Positions 10,249 to 21,640 of a DNA stretch of 64,000 nt are shown piece by piece (within the stretch, counting starts at the first letter, position 1; each line of letters starts with the position of its first letter). Below the pieces are notes generated by a model. That model did no database searches and was not told where the DNA came from. It saw only the letters and a list, made by a program, of their open reading frames with translations. The position numbers were made by a program, and so were the translations under genes. The stretch comes from Burkholderiales bacterium (GTDB taxonomy: Bacteria; Pseudomonadota; Gammaproteobacteria; Burkholderiales; Methylophilaceae): positions 110,829 to 174,828 of the forward strand of contig JAURKY010000008.1 in assembly GCA_030831475.1 (NCBI GenBank), given 5' to 3'.

Positions 10249-10884
10249 ATGGAAAAATTTAATACGCATTCTGGGATTGTGATTCCACTAGATAGAGCGA
10301 ACGTGGACACTGATGCCATTATTCCTAAGCAGTTTTTAAAGTCGATCAAAAAGACAGGCTTTGGGAAAAACCTCTTTGATGAGTGGCGTTACCTTGATCA
10401 TGGAGAACCAGATCAAGACATTTCAAGCCGTAAAATAAACCCAGAATTTGTTTTAAATAAAAAAGAATATCAAGGCGGTAGTGTGCTACTTGCCAAAGAG
10501 AATTTTGGTTGTGGTTCAAGTCGTGAGCATGCACCATGGGCCATCATAGATTATGGTATTAAAGTGATTATTGCTCCTAGCTTTGCAGATATTTTTTATG
10601 GAAATTGCTTTAAAAATGGTATTTTACCGATCACACTGGATTCAAAAATAGTAGATGTATTGTTTCAAAGAGCTAATCAGGGTAATGGCTTTAAATTAAA
10701 TATTGATCTTGAAAATCAGATAATCTTTGACAAAAACAATGAGTATGCTTTTGAAGTAGATACCTTTAAAAAATATTGCTTGCTTGAGGGCTTGGATGAT
10801 ATTGGCTTAACGTTGAGACATGAAAATAAAATTAAGCAGTTTGAATCAGATTATAGAAAAAACTTTCCGTGGTTAGGTAAATAA
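10249..10884 (+). CDS. leuD: 3-isopropylmalate dehydratase small subunit
   Basis: [26 protein letters not shown]. Confidence 0.98.
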   Translation: MEKFNTHSGIVIPLDRANVDTDAIIPKQFLKSIKKTGFGKNLFDEWRYLDHGEPDQDISSRKINPEFVLNKKEYQGGSVLLAKENFGCGSSREHAPWAIIDYGIKVIIAPSFADIFYGNCFKNGILPITLDSKIVDVLFQRANQGNGFKLNIDLENQIIFDKNNEYAFEVDTFKKYCLLEGLDDIGLTLRHENKIKQFESDYRKNFPWLGK

Positions 10885-10888
10885 AACT

Positions 10889-11950
10889 ATGAAAATTGCA
10901 GTATTACCAGGAGATGGTATTGGACCTGAAATCATTAATCAGGCAGTCAAGGTCATTGATAAGTTTGGATTGTCGCAAAGTATTGAATATGGAGCGATTG
11001 GAGGAGCAGGTTACGAAGAGTCCAAGGATCCTTTGCCAGAGACAACCCTTAATTTGGCATTAGCTTCAGATGCAGTATTACTAGGTTCAGTGGGAGATTG
11101 GAAATATGACAAACTTCCAAGAGAATTACGTCCTGAGAGGGGTTTGCTTCGAATAAGACAAGGATTGAATCTTTTTGCTAATCTAAGACCTGCCGTCATG
11201 TTTCCTGAATTAGTTCATGCCTCAAGCCTTAAAGCTGAAGTTGTTTCTAATCTTGATATTATGATTGTTCGTGAACTTACGGGTGATATTTATTTTGGTG
11301 AGCCAAGAGGTATTCAAACAAAAGAAAATGGAGAGCGTGAGGGAATCAATACCATGCGTTACAGTGAATCTGAAATTGATAGGATTGCTGAAATAGCATT
11401 TCAGGCAGCTCAAAAAAGATCAAAAAAACTATGTTCTGTCGATAAAGCTAATGTGTTGGAAACAACTGAATTGTGGCGCGAAATTGTTACCCATAAATCT
11501 GAAAAATATCCTGATGTTACATTAACGCATATGTATGTGGATAATGCTGCGATGCAGTTAGTAAGAGACCCTAAACAATTTGATGTCATTGTTACTGGAA
11601 ATATTTTTGGAGATATTCTCTCCGATCAAGCATCAATGTTAACTGGTTCAATTGGTATGTTACCTTCTGCATCCCTAGATCAAAATAACAAGGGCATGTA
11701 TGAACCTAGCCATGGATCAGCACCTGATATTGCAGGACAGGATGTGGCAAATCCAATTGCCACTATATTGTCTTTAGCTATGATGTTTAAATATACTTTT
11801 GCTGAGGAGAAAAAGTCTCAAGCGATTGAAAATGCAGTAAGGCAAGTTTTAAAAGATGGCTTAAGAACTAAAGATATTTTTTCTGAGGGAACCAAAATGA
11901 TTGGTTGTAATGAGATGGGTGATGCAATAATTGAAAGGTTAGATATATAA
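10889..11950 (+). CDS. leuB: 3-isopropylmalate dehydrogenase
   Basis: [29 protein letters not shown]. Confidence 0.98.
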   Translation: MKIAVLPGDGIGPEIINQAVKVIDKFGLSQSIEYGAIGGAGYEESKDPLPETTLNLALASDAVLLGSVGDWKYDKLPRELRPERGLLRIRQGLNLFANLRPAVMFPELVHASSLKAEVVSNLDIMIVRELTGDIYFGEPRGIQTKENGEREGINTMRYSESEIDRIAEIAFQAAQKRSKKLCSVDKANVLETTELWREIVTHKSEKYPDVTLTHMYVDNAAMQLVRDPKQFDVIVTGNIFGDILSDQASMLTGSIGMLPSASLDQNNKGMYEPSHGSAPDIAGQDVANPIATILSLAMMFKYTFAEEKKSQAIENAVRQVLKDGLRTKDIFSEGTKMIGCNEMGDAIIERLDI

Positions 11951-13069
11951 ATGCAAAAAGTTGGCTTTGTTGGCTGGAGAGGTATGGTTGGCTCTGTTCT
12001 TGTTGAGAGAATGCAGTCAGAGAAGGATTTTGACTCCCTTGAAAGTTCTTTTTTTACTACCTCACAAGTTGGTCAGAAAACCCCGCCTTACCTAAAAAAC
12101 AATGATTTGCTTCTGGATGCTTTTGACATTAATGAGCTCTCAAGAATGAATATCATTGTTACCTGCCAAGGTGGAGATTACACAAAGAAAGTTTATCCTG
12201 AGTTGAAAAAGATTGGATGGCAGGGCCATTGGGTAGATGCTGCATCGTCCCTTCGAATGGATGATGATGCCCTTATTGTTTTGGATCCTATAAACCATAT
12301 CGCTATTGATGAAGCCTATCAGCGCGGCATAAAAACTTGGGTGGGTGGTAATTGTACAGTCTCATTAATGCTTTTAGCCATTCATGGGCTCATCAAAGAA
12401 AATGCAGTCGATTGGGTTTCATCTATGACATATCAAGCTGCAAGTGGTGCAGGCGCACAAAATATGAGGGAGTTATTGGAGCAAATGGGTAGCCTTTATA
12501 ATTCAGCACGAGAGATGTTGGATGACCCTCGTTCAAATATTTTGGCGATTGACCAAAAAGTGCTTGAATCAATGCATTCAAAAAGTTTTCCCAAAGATAA
12601 TTTTGTTGTGCCGTTAGCTGGTAACTTAATTCCATGGATTGATCAAGATTTAAATAATGGTCAAAGCAGAGAGGAATGGAAGGGCCAGGCTGAATCAAAT
12701 AAAATTTTACAAAATGGTCACGATTCTATAAAAGTGGATGGACTATGCGTCAGGGTGGGCTCCATGAGATCACATAGCCAAGCCCTTACCATCAAACTTA
12801 AAAAAGATTATGATGTAAAACAAGTTGAAAAAATGATTACTGATGGTAATGAATGGGTGAAATTAATACCTAATACTCGAGAAAACAGTATTCATGATTT
12901 GACCCCATCATCAGTCTCAGGAACATTAGAGATTGTCATTGGAAGAATTAGGCAATTAAATTTTGATAAAAATATTTTTTCTGCCTTTACGGTTGGAGAC
13001 CAGCTCCTATGGGGAGCGGCTGAGCCCATAAGAAGGATACTTAAAATTCTAATTCAAAAGGAAAGATAA
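11951..13069 (+). CDS. asd: Aspartate-semialdehyde dehydrogenase
   Basis: GWRGMVGSVL, GGNCTVSLM, GDQLLWGAAEP. Confidence 0.98.
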   Translation: MQKVGFVGWRGMVGSVLVERMQSEKDFDSLESSFFTTSQVGQKTPPYLKNNDLLLDAFDINELSRMNIIVTCQGGDYTKKVYPELKKIGWQGHWVDAASSLRMDDDALIVLDPINHIAIDEAYQRGIKTWVGGNCTVSLMLLAIHGLIKENAVDWVSSMTYQAASGAGAQNMRELLEQMGSLYNSAREMLDDPRSNILAIDQKVLESMHSKSFPKDNFVVPLAGNLIPWIDQDLNNGQSREEWKGQAESNKILQNGHDSIKVDGLCVRVGSMRSHSQALTIKLKKDYDVKQVEKMITDGNEWVKLIPNTRENSIHDLTPSSVSGTLEIVIGRIRQLNFDKNIFSAFTVGDQLLWGAAEPIRRILKILIQKER

Positions 13070-13071
13070 AA

Positions 13072-14478
13072 TTGAATTTTATGCAAAGATTTTTAGCTTT
13101 TATATTATTTGTCTTAGCTTTTCTAACAAACGCTAATGCACTTCAGATTGGTAATTACAATCTATTATCGAAACAAAATAACCCCTTGAGCATGGAGGTT
13201 GAGCTTTTTTTGGCCAAAGGAGACAAGGTCAGCAGTCTAAAACCTGCCATAGCCCCTAAAGCTGATTATGAGAGTGCTGGACTTCAACGACTTCCCATTC
13301 ATGACGATATTCAACTTAAATTAAACCAGTCAAATAAACAATTTTTTGTAAAGCTTTCATCGAAAAATCCTGTTGAAGATCCTTATTTAGATATCCTTCT
13401 TGAGGTAACATCTGAAAAGGGCAGGACATTAAGAGAATTTACAGTATTGCTTGATCCGGCGGATTCAACCAAAGCTCCAGAGTCAAAAGTTCAAAAAAAG
13501 GGAATTAAAGTTGCAGAGGCTGAACCTGAAAAAGAATCAGTCAGAGTGCAGCCAGTAAAAAAAGAAGTCAACGATGAGCCTAAAATAAAATCAGTCACCT
13601 CTAAGAAAGGAAAAACACTTTTTCAAATAGCCAGAGAAAATAGCATCTCAGGTGTCACCACACATCAAATGGTAGTTGCAATATTTCAAATAAATCCAAA
13701 AGCCTTTGCAAAAAATAATATTAATGGTCTCGAGGTCGGTCAAAAACTTACCTTACCTACCAGGTCATACTTTGATAAGTTATCGCACCTTCAAGCAAGA
13801 GAGATTTTAAAAGAACAAAATCTAGAATGGAAAAATCTAAATCAAAAGACAACAAAAATTGCAGAAAAGAAAAAACCTAAAGCTGAATCCAAAAAAAATG
13901 ACGTTGATAAATTAAAAAAAGAGCCTGATTTAGAAAATAACGCTGCTGAGAAAGCCAAAGCTGATACTGTAAAAGAAGTTGAAGCGCCTCAGCCCAATGA
14001 AAATATCATTGAAGATAAAGTAAATAATGAAATCGTCGAGATTGAGGAGGAGGATTTTACCTCCTCGATTATTGATGATGAAAAATCTATCATTGAAGAG
14101 GTGATCATTGATGATCCTATCGAAGAGCCAGGTAATAATAAGTTAATCTATGTTTTGCTAACAATATTTGCCCTTTTAGGTGGTGTTTTAGTTTATTTAT
14201 CTAAGAAGCGAGCTAATTTTAGAAAATCCCCGAATCCTAGTTTTGCATCTCAATCCTTTAGCTCAACCAGCGATGCTCAAAATCTAAGCGATGACCCCAT
14301 GGATCAAAGCGATACATTCATAAATACCACATTAGATAATAATGAAACCCAATTAAATGAAAATATCAATGAGGCAGTTTCAGAAAGCATTGAAACATCA
14401 AGCAATAGCGATGTTGATTTGTCCACCATGACCAGCGTTGATGCTTATATTTATAAGAAAAACAAAAATATAAATTAA
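13072..14478 (+). CDS. fimV: FimV/HubP-like polar landmark protein, C-terminally reduced (start may be ATG 13081)
   Basis: Signal peptide, FimV-like N-domain (REFTVLLDP), LysM-like core (HQMVVAIFQINPKAF..NINGL), one TM, acidic tail; conserved position between asd and truA. Confidence 0.8.
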   Translation: MNFMQRFLAFILFVLAFLTNANALQIGNYNLLSKQNNPLSMEVELFLAKGDKVSSLKPAIAPKADYESAGLQRLPIHDDIQLKLNQSNKQFFVKLSSKNPVEDPYLDILLEVTSEKGRTLREFTVLLDPADSTKAPESKVQKKGIKVAEAEPEKESVRVQPVKKEVNDEPKIKSVTSKKGKTLFQIARENSISGVTTHQMVVAIFQINPKAFAKNNINGLEVGQKLTLPTRSYFDKLSHLQAREILKEQNLEWKNLNQKTTKIAEKKKPKAESKKNDVDKLKKEPDLENNAAEKAKADTVKEVEAPQPNENIIEDKVNNEIVEIEEEDFTSSIIDDEKSIIEEVIIDDPIEEPGNNKLIYVLLTIFALLGGVLVYLSKKRANFRKSPNPSFASQSFSSTSDAQNLSDDPMDQSDTFINTTLDNNETQLNENINEAVSESIETSSNSDVDLSTMTSVDAYIYKKNKNIN

Positions 14479-14487
14479 TTTATTACT

Positions 14488-15117
14488 TTGATAAGCTTTT
14501 TGACATACCCGGGATTCAAGCTTTTTATCGCACTCTTGTTACTTTTAGTATTGTCCCAATTTAATCTAGTCTTTCAGTTAATTTTATTTTTTCTAGGCTT
14601 GATAACTTCTTTTTTTATTAACTGCCAAGTTTTGCAATTATTTAAAAAGATAAAATTTTTTATCTTAGCTATCTTAGTAATTTTTTCATTTTCTGTACCG
14701 GGTGAAGTTTTATTTTTCTATAGTTTTTTTTCAGTGAGTTATGAAGGAGTTGAGCAAGCAATTTTTTATTCAATTAGACTCATCAATACCTTTTTAATTA
14801 TTATGTGTTTACTCAAAGTAACTCCGAGGGAAACTTTATTAATATTTTTATCAAAAGCCGCTTTTTGTTTTAAAGTTTTTGGTACTGATCATAATAAATT
14901 AAGCTTGAGACTTTATTTGACCTTTGAGTATTTTGAAAAATTAAAAGACCATACATTTTCGTTTAAAAATTTTTCATCAGATTTAAAAAAAATATTAGAT
15001 CAAAATCATGTCTTGCTTAAAAAAAGCTATGTCAACCAAGTTGTATTTGGTTGGAACGATTTTTTTTGGTTAGCCTCATTAGTATCAACAGTTTTTATAA
15101 TTAACTTTGTTTTATGA
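14488..15117 (+). CDS. Membrane protein, divergent EcfT/CbiQ-like
   Basis: Hydrophobic; FSFSVPGE, SYEGVEQA..RL and SLRLYLT resemble the EcfT-like gene found between fimV and truA in some betaproteobacteria. TTG start. Confidence 0.55.
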   Translation: MISFLTYPGFKLFIALLLLLVLSQFNLVFQLILFFLGLITSFFINCQVLQLFKKIKFFILAILVIFSFSVPGEVLFFYSFFSVSYEGVEQAIFYSIRLINTFLIIMCLLKVTPRETLLIFLSKAAFCFKVFGTDHNKLSLRLYLTFEYFEKLKDHTFSFKNFSSDLKKILDQNHVLLKKSYVNQVVFGWNDFFWLASLVSTVFIINFVL

Positions 15118-15902
15118 AAAGAATTGCTGCTGAAGTTGAATATGCTGGAACAGACTATTTTGGTTGGCAAAAACAACCTAATGTTCCAACAATTCAATCT
15201 ACAATTGAAAAAGCCATTGAAGAAATTGCTCAAAAGAATATTGAAATTTATGCCTCTGGACGAACAGATGCAGGTGTGCATGCGTTGGGCCAAATTTTTC
15301 ATTTTGATACGAATGTTGATCGCCCTATAAGTGCATGGATAAAAGGCTTGAATGCAAACCTACCAAATTCTATTCGAATTAAATGGGCTCAAGAGGTCAG
15401 TGCTGAGTTTCATGCTAGGCATTCGGTGATAGAGAGGGAATACCAATACCTTCTAATGCAAAGATCTATGAATTCTGCATTAATTAATCCATTAACAGGC
15501 TGGACCTATTATGATTTAGACCATCAAGCCATTAAAAAAGCTTTATTAAGATTTGAAGGTCAACATGATTTTAGTTCATTTAGATCTTCCGAGTGTCAGG
15601 CACCTTCGCCCATTAAAACTATTAAAAGTTTTGATTGTCAGTTCTTCTCTGATTTTTTCTTGTTCACTATTAAAGCGGATGGTTTTTTACATCACCAGAT
15701 AAGGAATATGATGGCTGTGATCATTTTAATTGGGCGAGGTGAAAAAGATGTTGATTTTGTAGATGAACTTTTTCTAGAGAAAGATCGTTCAAAAGCACCC
15801 CCTACATTCATGCCGAATGGTTTATATCTGAGTAATATCAAGTATGATAATCATTGGGATTTACCCCAAGAACCTAATTCATTAAATATATTTAAATCAT
15901 GA
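15114..15902 (+). CDS. truA: tRNA pseudouridine(38-40) synthase
   Basis: GWQKQ, SGRTDAGVHA, FHAR, HDFSSFR, FLHHQIR. Confidence 0.97.
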   Translation: MKRIAAEVEYAGTDYFGWQKQPNVPTIQSTIEKAIEEIAQKNIEIYASGRTDAGVHALGQIFHFDTNVDRPISAWIKGLNANLPNSIRIKWAQEVSAEFHARHSVIEREYQYLLMQRSMNSALINPLTGWTYYDLDHQAIKKALLRFEGQHDFSSFRSSECQAPSPIKTIKSFDCQFFSDFFLFTIKADGFLHHQIRNMMAVIILIGRGEKDVDFVDELFLEKDRSKAPPTFMPNGLYLSNIKYDNHWDLPQEPNSLNIFKS

Positions 15903-16519
15903 TCAAAGTAAAGATTTGCGGGATTACAAATTTAGAGGATGCCCTAAATGCTCAAAGTCTTGGGGTTGATGCCTTGGGATTTGTTTTTTGTAAAGATAGC
16001 CCTAGGTATATTAGCCCAAAGGAGGCTGGCGATATTATCAAAAAGCTCCCTCCTTTTGTTAAGTCGGTAGGTTTATTTGTAAACGAAAAAAAAGAAATGA
16101 TTGACGATGCCCTGAAGTCTTCGGGAATAGACCTTATTCAATTCCATGGTGACGAAGATGATTCCTTTTGTAAGCAATTTAATCTTCCTTTCATCAAGGC
16201 AATTAGGGTTATAGAGGATATAAATTTGCTAGAATATATGAGTTATTTTGAATCTGCTTCTGCTTTGTTGCTCGATTCATATTCAGGTAATGCAAGAGGT
16301 GGTACAGGACATCAGTTTAATTGGGAATTAATTCCAACTGATATGAATGTACCTTTAGTTATTGCTGGCGGACTTAATCCTGACAATATAAAATCACTAC
16401 TGGAAAAACGACAACCTTATGCAGTTGACGTAAGTAGCGGGGTTGAATCTGCTAAAGGTAAGAAAGATTTACATAAGATGAAACAATTTATGGATGGAGT
16501 TAAAAATGCAACCTTATGA
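15899..16519 (+). CDS. trpF: Phosphoribosylanthranilate isomerase
   Basis: VKICGIT, QFHGDE, GGTG, AGGL, DVSSGVE. Confidence 0.97.
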   Translation: MIKVKICGITNLEDALNAQSLGVDALGFVFCKDSPRYISPKEAGDIIKKLPPFVKSVGLFVNEKKEMIDDALKSSGIDLIQFHGDEDDSFCKQFNLPFIKAIRVIEDINLLEYMSYFESASALLLDSYSGNARGGTGHQFNWELIPTDMNVPLVIAGGLNPDNIKSLLEKRQPYAVDVSSGVESAKGKKDLHKMKQFMDGVKNATL

Positions 16520-17708
16520 TCTTCCCGATCAATTTGGCCATTTTGGTCAATTTGGTGGAACATTTGTAGCTGAAACATTGATTGAGGCTTTGGATGAGCT
16601 TCGGGATATGTATGCTAAATATAAGGATAATCCTGAATTCTTGGCAGAATTTCATCATGACCTAAAACATTTTGTTGGGCGCCCAAGCCCTATATATTTT
16701 GCTGAGAGACTGACAAAAAAAAATGGTGGCGCAAAGATTTATTTTAAACGTGAGGATTTGAATCATACGGGGGCTCACAAGGTAAATAATACGGTTGGAC
16801 AAGCACTGCTCGCAAAAAAAATGGGCAAGCCTAGAGTCATTGCTGAGACTGGAGCGGGCCAGCATGGTGTTGCTACAGCTACTATTGCTGCTAGATTAGG
16901 TCTTGAATGTGTAGTTTATATGGGTTCAGAGGATGTAAAACGACAGTCACCTAACGTTTACCGTATGAAACTTTTGGGCGCTAAGGTTGTTCCCGTTGAG
17001 AGTGGATCGAAGACTTTGAAGGATGCCTTAAATGAAGCCCTAAGAGATTGGGTGACGAATGTATCCGATACATTTTATATCATTGGCACCGTTGCAGGCC
17101 CTCACCCTTATCCAATGATGGTTAGAGACTTTAATTCTGTGGTTGGAAAAGAATGTAAGGATCAAATGCTTGATATGTGCCAACGACAACCCGATGCGAT
17201 TGTTGCATGCGTGGGAGGAGGGTCAAATGCTATGGGTATTTTTTACCCTTATATTGATCAAAAAGAAGTTCGTCTCATCGGTGTTGAGGCTGCGGGCCAT
17301 GGTATCGAGACTGGTCAGCATGCGGCTCCCTTAACATCTAACAGTGCTATCGGTGTCCTTCATGGCAACCGAACTTACCTCATGCAAAACGAAGAAGGTC
17401 AAATCATTGAGACACATTCGGTTTCAGCAGGATTAGATTATCCAGGTGTTGGACCAGAGCATTCATGGCTCAAAGATTCGGGCCGCGCTGAATATGTTGC
17501 TGTTAAGGATGATGAGGCCCTAGAAGCATTTCATAGTTTATGCCGTATTGAGGGTATTATTCCTGCTCTTGAATCCAGTCATGCGCTTGCATATGCTGAA
17601 AAACTTGCAAAAGAGATGTCACCTGATCAGATAATATTGGTTAATCTTTCCGGCCGAGGTGATAAAGATATCAATACGGTTGCTAACATAGCAGGTATCA
17701 CCCTTTAA
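16506..17708 (+). CDS. trpB: Tryptophan synthase beta chain
   Basis: [44 protein letters not shown] 16506 preferred (GGAG upstream). Confidence 0.98.
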   Translation: MQPYDLPDQFGHFGQFGGTFVAETLIEALDELRDMYAKYKDNPEFLAEFHHDLKHFVGRPSPIYFAERLTKKNGGAKIYFKREDLNHTGAHKVNNTVGQALLAKKMGKPRVIAETGAGQHGVATATIAARLGLECVVYMGSEDVKRQSPNVYRMKLLGAKVVPVESGSKTLKDALNEALRDWVTNVSDTFYIIGTVAGPHPYPMMVRDFNSVVGKECKDQMLDMCQRQPDAIVACVGGGSNAMGIFYPYIDQKEVRLIGVEAAGHGIETGQHAAPLTSNSAIGVLHGNRTYLMQNEEGQIIETHSVSAGLDYPGVGPEHSWLKDSGRAEYVAVKDDEALEAFHSLCRIEGIIPALESSHALAYAEKLAKEMSPDQIILVNLSGRGDKDINTVANIAGITL

Positions 17709-17710
17709 AC

Positions 17711-18505
17711 ATGTCAAAAATTCAAGACGTATTTAATAATCTCGCTCATCATAAGAAGAAGGCACTAATCCCCTTTGTTACTGCAGGTGATCCTCATCCT
17801 GATATGACGGTTGATATCCTGCATACCTTAGTTGAGTCAGGTGCTGACATGATTGAGCTAGGTATTCCATTCTCAGATCCTATGGCTGACGGTCCCGTAA
17901 TTCAAAGAGCTTCTGAAAGGGCATTGGCTAACTCCGTAGGTATAAAAAAAACAATTGAAATTGCAAAGAATTTCAGATCATCAAATAAGCACACGCCTAT
18001 CATTTTGATGGGTTATGCAAATCCAATGGAGGCTATTGGTATTGATAACTTTATTGAATTAATTGATGATGCTGAGGTTGATGGCGTGATCACAGTTGAT
18101 TATCCTCCTGAGGAATCATCAGAATTTGTAAAAAAACTTAAAAATAAAAATATTGACAGTATTTTTTTACTTTCCCCGACAACTGAGGATGATCGTATAA
18201 AACTTATTATTGATCAGGCATCAGGATTTATTTATTACGTTTCATTAAAAGGTGTTACAGGCTCCTCAAATATTGATATTAATCAGGTTTCTGAGCGAGT
18301 TAAGAATATTAAGCAATTTACATCTTTACCTGTTGGTGTTGGCTTTGGTGTAAGGGATGCAAAAACTGCCAAAGATGTTGCTATGGTAGCAGATGCTGTG
18401 GTGGTTGGAAGTAGAATTGTTCAAGAAGTAGAAACATCATCAAAAGAAGATTTATTGCAAAATATTAATAAGCTAATGACTGAAATAAAAGAAGCGATAT
18501 CTTGA
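17711..18505 (+). CDS. trpA: Tryptophan synthase alpha chain
   Basis: ELGIPFSDPMADGPVIQ, YYVSLKGVTG. Confidence 0.98.
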   Translation: MSKIQDVFNNLAHHKKKALIPFVTAGDPHPDMTVDILHTLVESGADMIELGIPFSDPMADGPVIQRASERALANSVGIKKTIEIAKNFRSSNKHTPIILMGYANPMEAIGIDNFIELIDDAEVDGVITVDYPPEESSEFVKKLKNKNIDSIFLLSPTTEDDRIKLIIDQASGFIYYVSLKGVTGSSNIDINQVSERVKNIKQFTSLPVGVGFGVRDAKTAKDVAMVADAVVVGSRIVQEVETSSKEDLLQNINKLMTEIKEAIS

Positions 18506-18519
18506 CTTTGGAGTATTGA

Positions 18520-19374
18520 ATGAGCTGGCTTAAAAATGTTGTGCCACCAAAAATAAAAAAAATTGTTGGCAGTTTAAAAAAAAGTATTCCAGAAGGGCTG
18601 TGGCATAAGTGTGCAGCTTGTCAGACAGTTTTATATAATGATGATCTAGAAAAAAATTTTGGTGTATGCCCAAATTGCGGCCACCATAATCGTATTAATG
18701 CTCGTGATCGAATTGATTTAATTCTTGATCGTCCGGGACGGAATGAATTAGGCCAGAGCATTCAGGCAACTGACCCTTTAAAATTTAAGGATACAAAAAG
18801 TTACAAAGATCGTCTCACCAGCGCAAAGAATGAAACCAAAGAAAATGATGCCTTGGTGGTATTTGAAGGTTTTATTGAATCACATCCTGTAGTCATTTCT
18901 GCATTTGAATTTAGTTTTCTTGGCGGCTCGATGGGATCGGTGGTTGGTGAAAAATTTGTTATCGGCCTTAATCAAGCCATTAAAAACAAAGCCACATTTA
19001 TATGCGTGTCTGCAAGCGGGGGTGCGCGAATGCAAGAGGGCTTAATATCTCTCATGCAAATGGCTAAAACCTCGGCAGCGCTTACCAAGCTTTCAAAACA
19101 AAAATTACCTTTTATTTCTATTTTGGCTGACCCTACCATGGGAGGTGTCTCTGCTAGCCTTGCTATGTTAGGAGATATCATTATTGCTGAACCAAAAGCA
19201 CTGATTGGCTTTGCTGGTCCACGAGTGATTGAACAAACAGTGAGAGAAAAACTTCCTGAAGGATTTCAGCGATCAGAATTTCTATTAGAGCATGGCGCAA
19301 TTGATATGATTATCGATCGAAGATTTTTAAAGAAAAATTTAGCCGAATTGATAAGCCATTTAAATCCTAAATAG
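18520..19374 (+). CDS. accD: Acetyl-CoA carboxylase carboxyltransferase beta subunit
   Basis: C4 zinc ribbon, [29 protein letters not shown]. Confidence 0.98.
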   Translation: MSWLKNVVPPKIKKIVGSLKKSIPEGLWHKCAACQTVLYNDDLEKNFGVCPNCGHHNRINARDRIDLILDRPGRNELGQSIQATDPLKFKDTKSYKDRLTSAKNETKENDALVVFEGFIESHPVVISAFEFSFLGGSMGSVVGEKFVIGLNQAIKNKATFICVSASGGARMQEGLISLMQMAKTSAALTKLSKQKLPFISILADPTMGGVSASLAMLGDIIIAEPKALIGFAGPRVIEQTVREKLPEGFQRSEFLLEHGAIDMIIDRRFLKKNLAELISHLNPK

Positions 19375-20642
19375 TGGAAAGTCATAAGCTACCAACTAAC
19401 AACCTCAACGACTGGTTAGTCTACCTTGAAAGCATTCATCCAAAAAAAATCAATTTAGGATTGGATCGAGTATCACTTGTAAAAAAACAGGCTGCATTAG
19501 ATTTTGAAGTTCCGGTAATTATTGTGGGTGGAACAAATGGTAAAGGCTCTGTTTGCTCACACCTTGAGTCTATTTTTTTAAATGCAAATTATAAGGTGGG
19601 TTGTTATACCTCACCTCACATTCATCGTTTTAATGAGAGAATTAGAATCAATCAACATGAAGTTGAAGATAATGAAATTGTTGAATCTTTACAATACATT
19701 GAGAAAGCAAGAGAAGAGACTGAGCTTACATATTTTGAATTTACAACTTTAGCTGCAGCAGATATCTTTAAAAAGCATAAAGTTGATATTGCAATACTAG
19801 AAGTAGGTCTTGGGGGAAGATTAGATGCAGTCAATGTATTTGATCCTACAATATCAATTATCAATTCAATTAGTTTTGATCATCAAGATTATTTGGGAGA
19901 CACGCTTGAGTCGATTGGATATGAAAAAGCTGGCATCATGAGGTCAAATATAACCACCATAATTAATTTTGAAGATATTCCTCATTCGGTAATAGCTTAT
20001 GCCGCAAAGATTAATGCAACGTTAAATATAGTCAATAAAGATTATCAAATATATCATGCAGATGGAAAGACAATTTATAAAAGTAATGACCGTGATTTTT
20101 TTAGTGTGGATTTTAGTGATTATAAATTTAAGTCAGAAAAACAAAATATTGCGGCTGTCATAAGGTGTTGTGAGCTTTTATTAGGTATTTTTCCAAATCT
20201 CATGGATGCAATTAATAGAGGTATTGAATCATCAAAATTAGTTGCAAGATTACAAATCATTCAAAAAAATCCATGCGTGATTGTTGATGTAGCTCATAAC
20301 GAGGAGTCTGCTGTAAATTTATCTTTATTTTGTAAAGATCATATGTCTGTTGGTAAATCTAAAGCTATCTTTTCATGCCTAAAAGATAAAGATATAAAAA
20401 AAATAATTATGAATTTTAATTTTATTGATGAGTGGTTGATCGCAGAGATTCCGAACGATCGTAAAATGCCCATTATGGAAATTGAGTCTGAAATAAAGTT
20501 AATTCATAGCAATGTTGCGATAAAAAAATTTGATTCAATTTATGATGCTTATGACTTTGCAATCAAGCACAGCCATGTTGAAGATAGTATAATTGTCTTT
20601 GGTTCATTTTATACCGTGGCGCAATCTGGAGTGTTAAATTAA
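19374..20642 (+). CDS. folC: Dihydrofolate/folylpolyglutamate synthase
   Basis: GTNGKGS, YTSPH, EVGLGGRLDA, DVAHN, FGSFYTV. GTG start. Confidence 0.96.
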   Translation: MESHKLPTNNLNDWLVYLESIHPKKINLGLDRVSLVKKQAALDFEVPVIIVGGTNGKGSVCSHLESIFLNANYKVGCYTSPHIHRFNERIRINQHEVEDNEIVESLQYIEKAREETELTYFEFTTLAAADIFKKHKVDIAILEVGLGGRLDAVNVFDPTISIINSISFDHQDYLGDTLESIGYEKAGIMRSNITTIINFEDIPHSVIAYAAKINATLNIVNKDYQIYHADGKTIYKSNDRDFFSVDFSDYKFKSEKQNIAAVIRCCELLLGIFPNLMDAINRGIESSKLVARLQIIQKNPCVIVDVAHNEESAVNLSLFCKDHMSVGKSKAIFSCLKDKDIKKIIMNFNFIDEWLIAEIPNDRKMPIMEIESEIKLIHSNVAIKKFDSIYDAYDFAIKHSHVEDSIIVFGSFYTVAQSGVLN

Positions 20643-21131
20643 ATGGCAGCAAATAATGATTCATTACAAGAAAGTATTCTCATTAGACGGGCAAAGAGAA
20701 GGTTGATTGGCGCTTTATTCATTCTTGTAATCCTAATTATCCTGTCTTTTTTCTTTCTTCAAGATCGTTCACTGTTAGATAATCCTAACCAAGATATTAA
20801 AGTTTCATTTACAGATAGTGATTTAAAAACAAAAGTTGATTTGGATGACCCAAAACCATTAGCAAAGGTTGCAAGTTCCTCAGAAGTTGATGATAAGAAA
20901 TTTATGATTCAGGTTGGAATATTTTCTGATAAAACAAATGCATCAAAACATGCTGAGACATTACAGGCCTTAGGCTATGACCCCAAACTTGAATATATTG
21001 AGCTTGAGGGCAGACAAAGTGTAAAACTGATTACTGAATCTTTTGAATCAGAATCTGATGCTGAGTATGCGCTTTTAAAAATTAAAAAAGCAAACTTACC
21101 TGGAATGATAAAAATTAAAGCCTCTCAATGA
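20643..21131 (+). CDS. dedD: SPOR-domain cell division protein (DedD-like)
   Basis: RRLIGA + TM anchor, SPOR motif IQVGIFSD; folC-dedD-cvpA-purF order. Confidence 0.8.
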   Translation: MAANNDSLQESILIRRAKRRLIGALFILVILIILSFFFLQDRSLLDNPNQDIKVSFTDSDLKTKVDLDDPKPLAKVASSSEVDDKKFMIQVGIFSDKTNASKHAETLQALGYDPKLEYIELEGRQSVKLITESFESESDAEYALLKIKKANLPGMIKIKASQ

Positions 21132-21628
21132 CAGTAATTGACTATCCAATCATCTTTATAGTAGTTATATCTGCTTTATTTGGGATCTTTAGGGGTTTTA
21201 TAAGAGAGTTACTTGCAGTTGTAGGTTGGGTACTTGCCTTTTATTGCTCGAGCCTTTTTAGTGACCAATTAGCAAAAATAATTCCTTTCTTTGAGGATGG
21301 TGCGCTTAAACATTTTATTGCATATCTGATTATTTTTGTAGTCATACTAGTTGTTGCATCGATTATTATTAAACTTCTCAATAAATTTATTAAAACAGTA
21401 GGATTGAGTTTTTCCAATATTTTAATAGGAAGTTTATTTGGCTTTATTCGAGGAGTTTTGATTGCTTTTTTGTTGATCATTGTTGCGGAGAAAATGAATT
21501 TTGTCGACCAAAATACGATTAATCAATCTTTAACAGCGCCTTTAATCAAAAAGTCAGTAGAAAAATCTTTACCTTATTTACCCTCTGAATGGTTATCAGA
21601 GGTAGAATATGACAATATTCTGATTTAA
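21128..21628 (+). CDS. cvpA: CvpA-family membrane protein
   Basis: GIFRGFIRE, GSLFGFIRG; directly upstream of purF. Confidence 0.92.
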   Translation: MTVIDYPIIFIVVISALFGIFRGFIRELLAVVGWVLAFYCSSLFSDQLAKIIPFFEDGALKHFIAYLIIFVVILVVASIIIKLLNKFIKTVGLSFSNILIGSLFGFIRGVLIAFLLIIVAEKMNFVDQNTINQSLTAPLIKKSVEKSLPYLPSEWLSEVEYDNILI

Positions 21629-21640
21629 ACGAGAACAATT

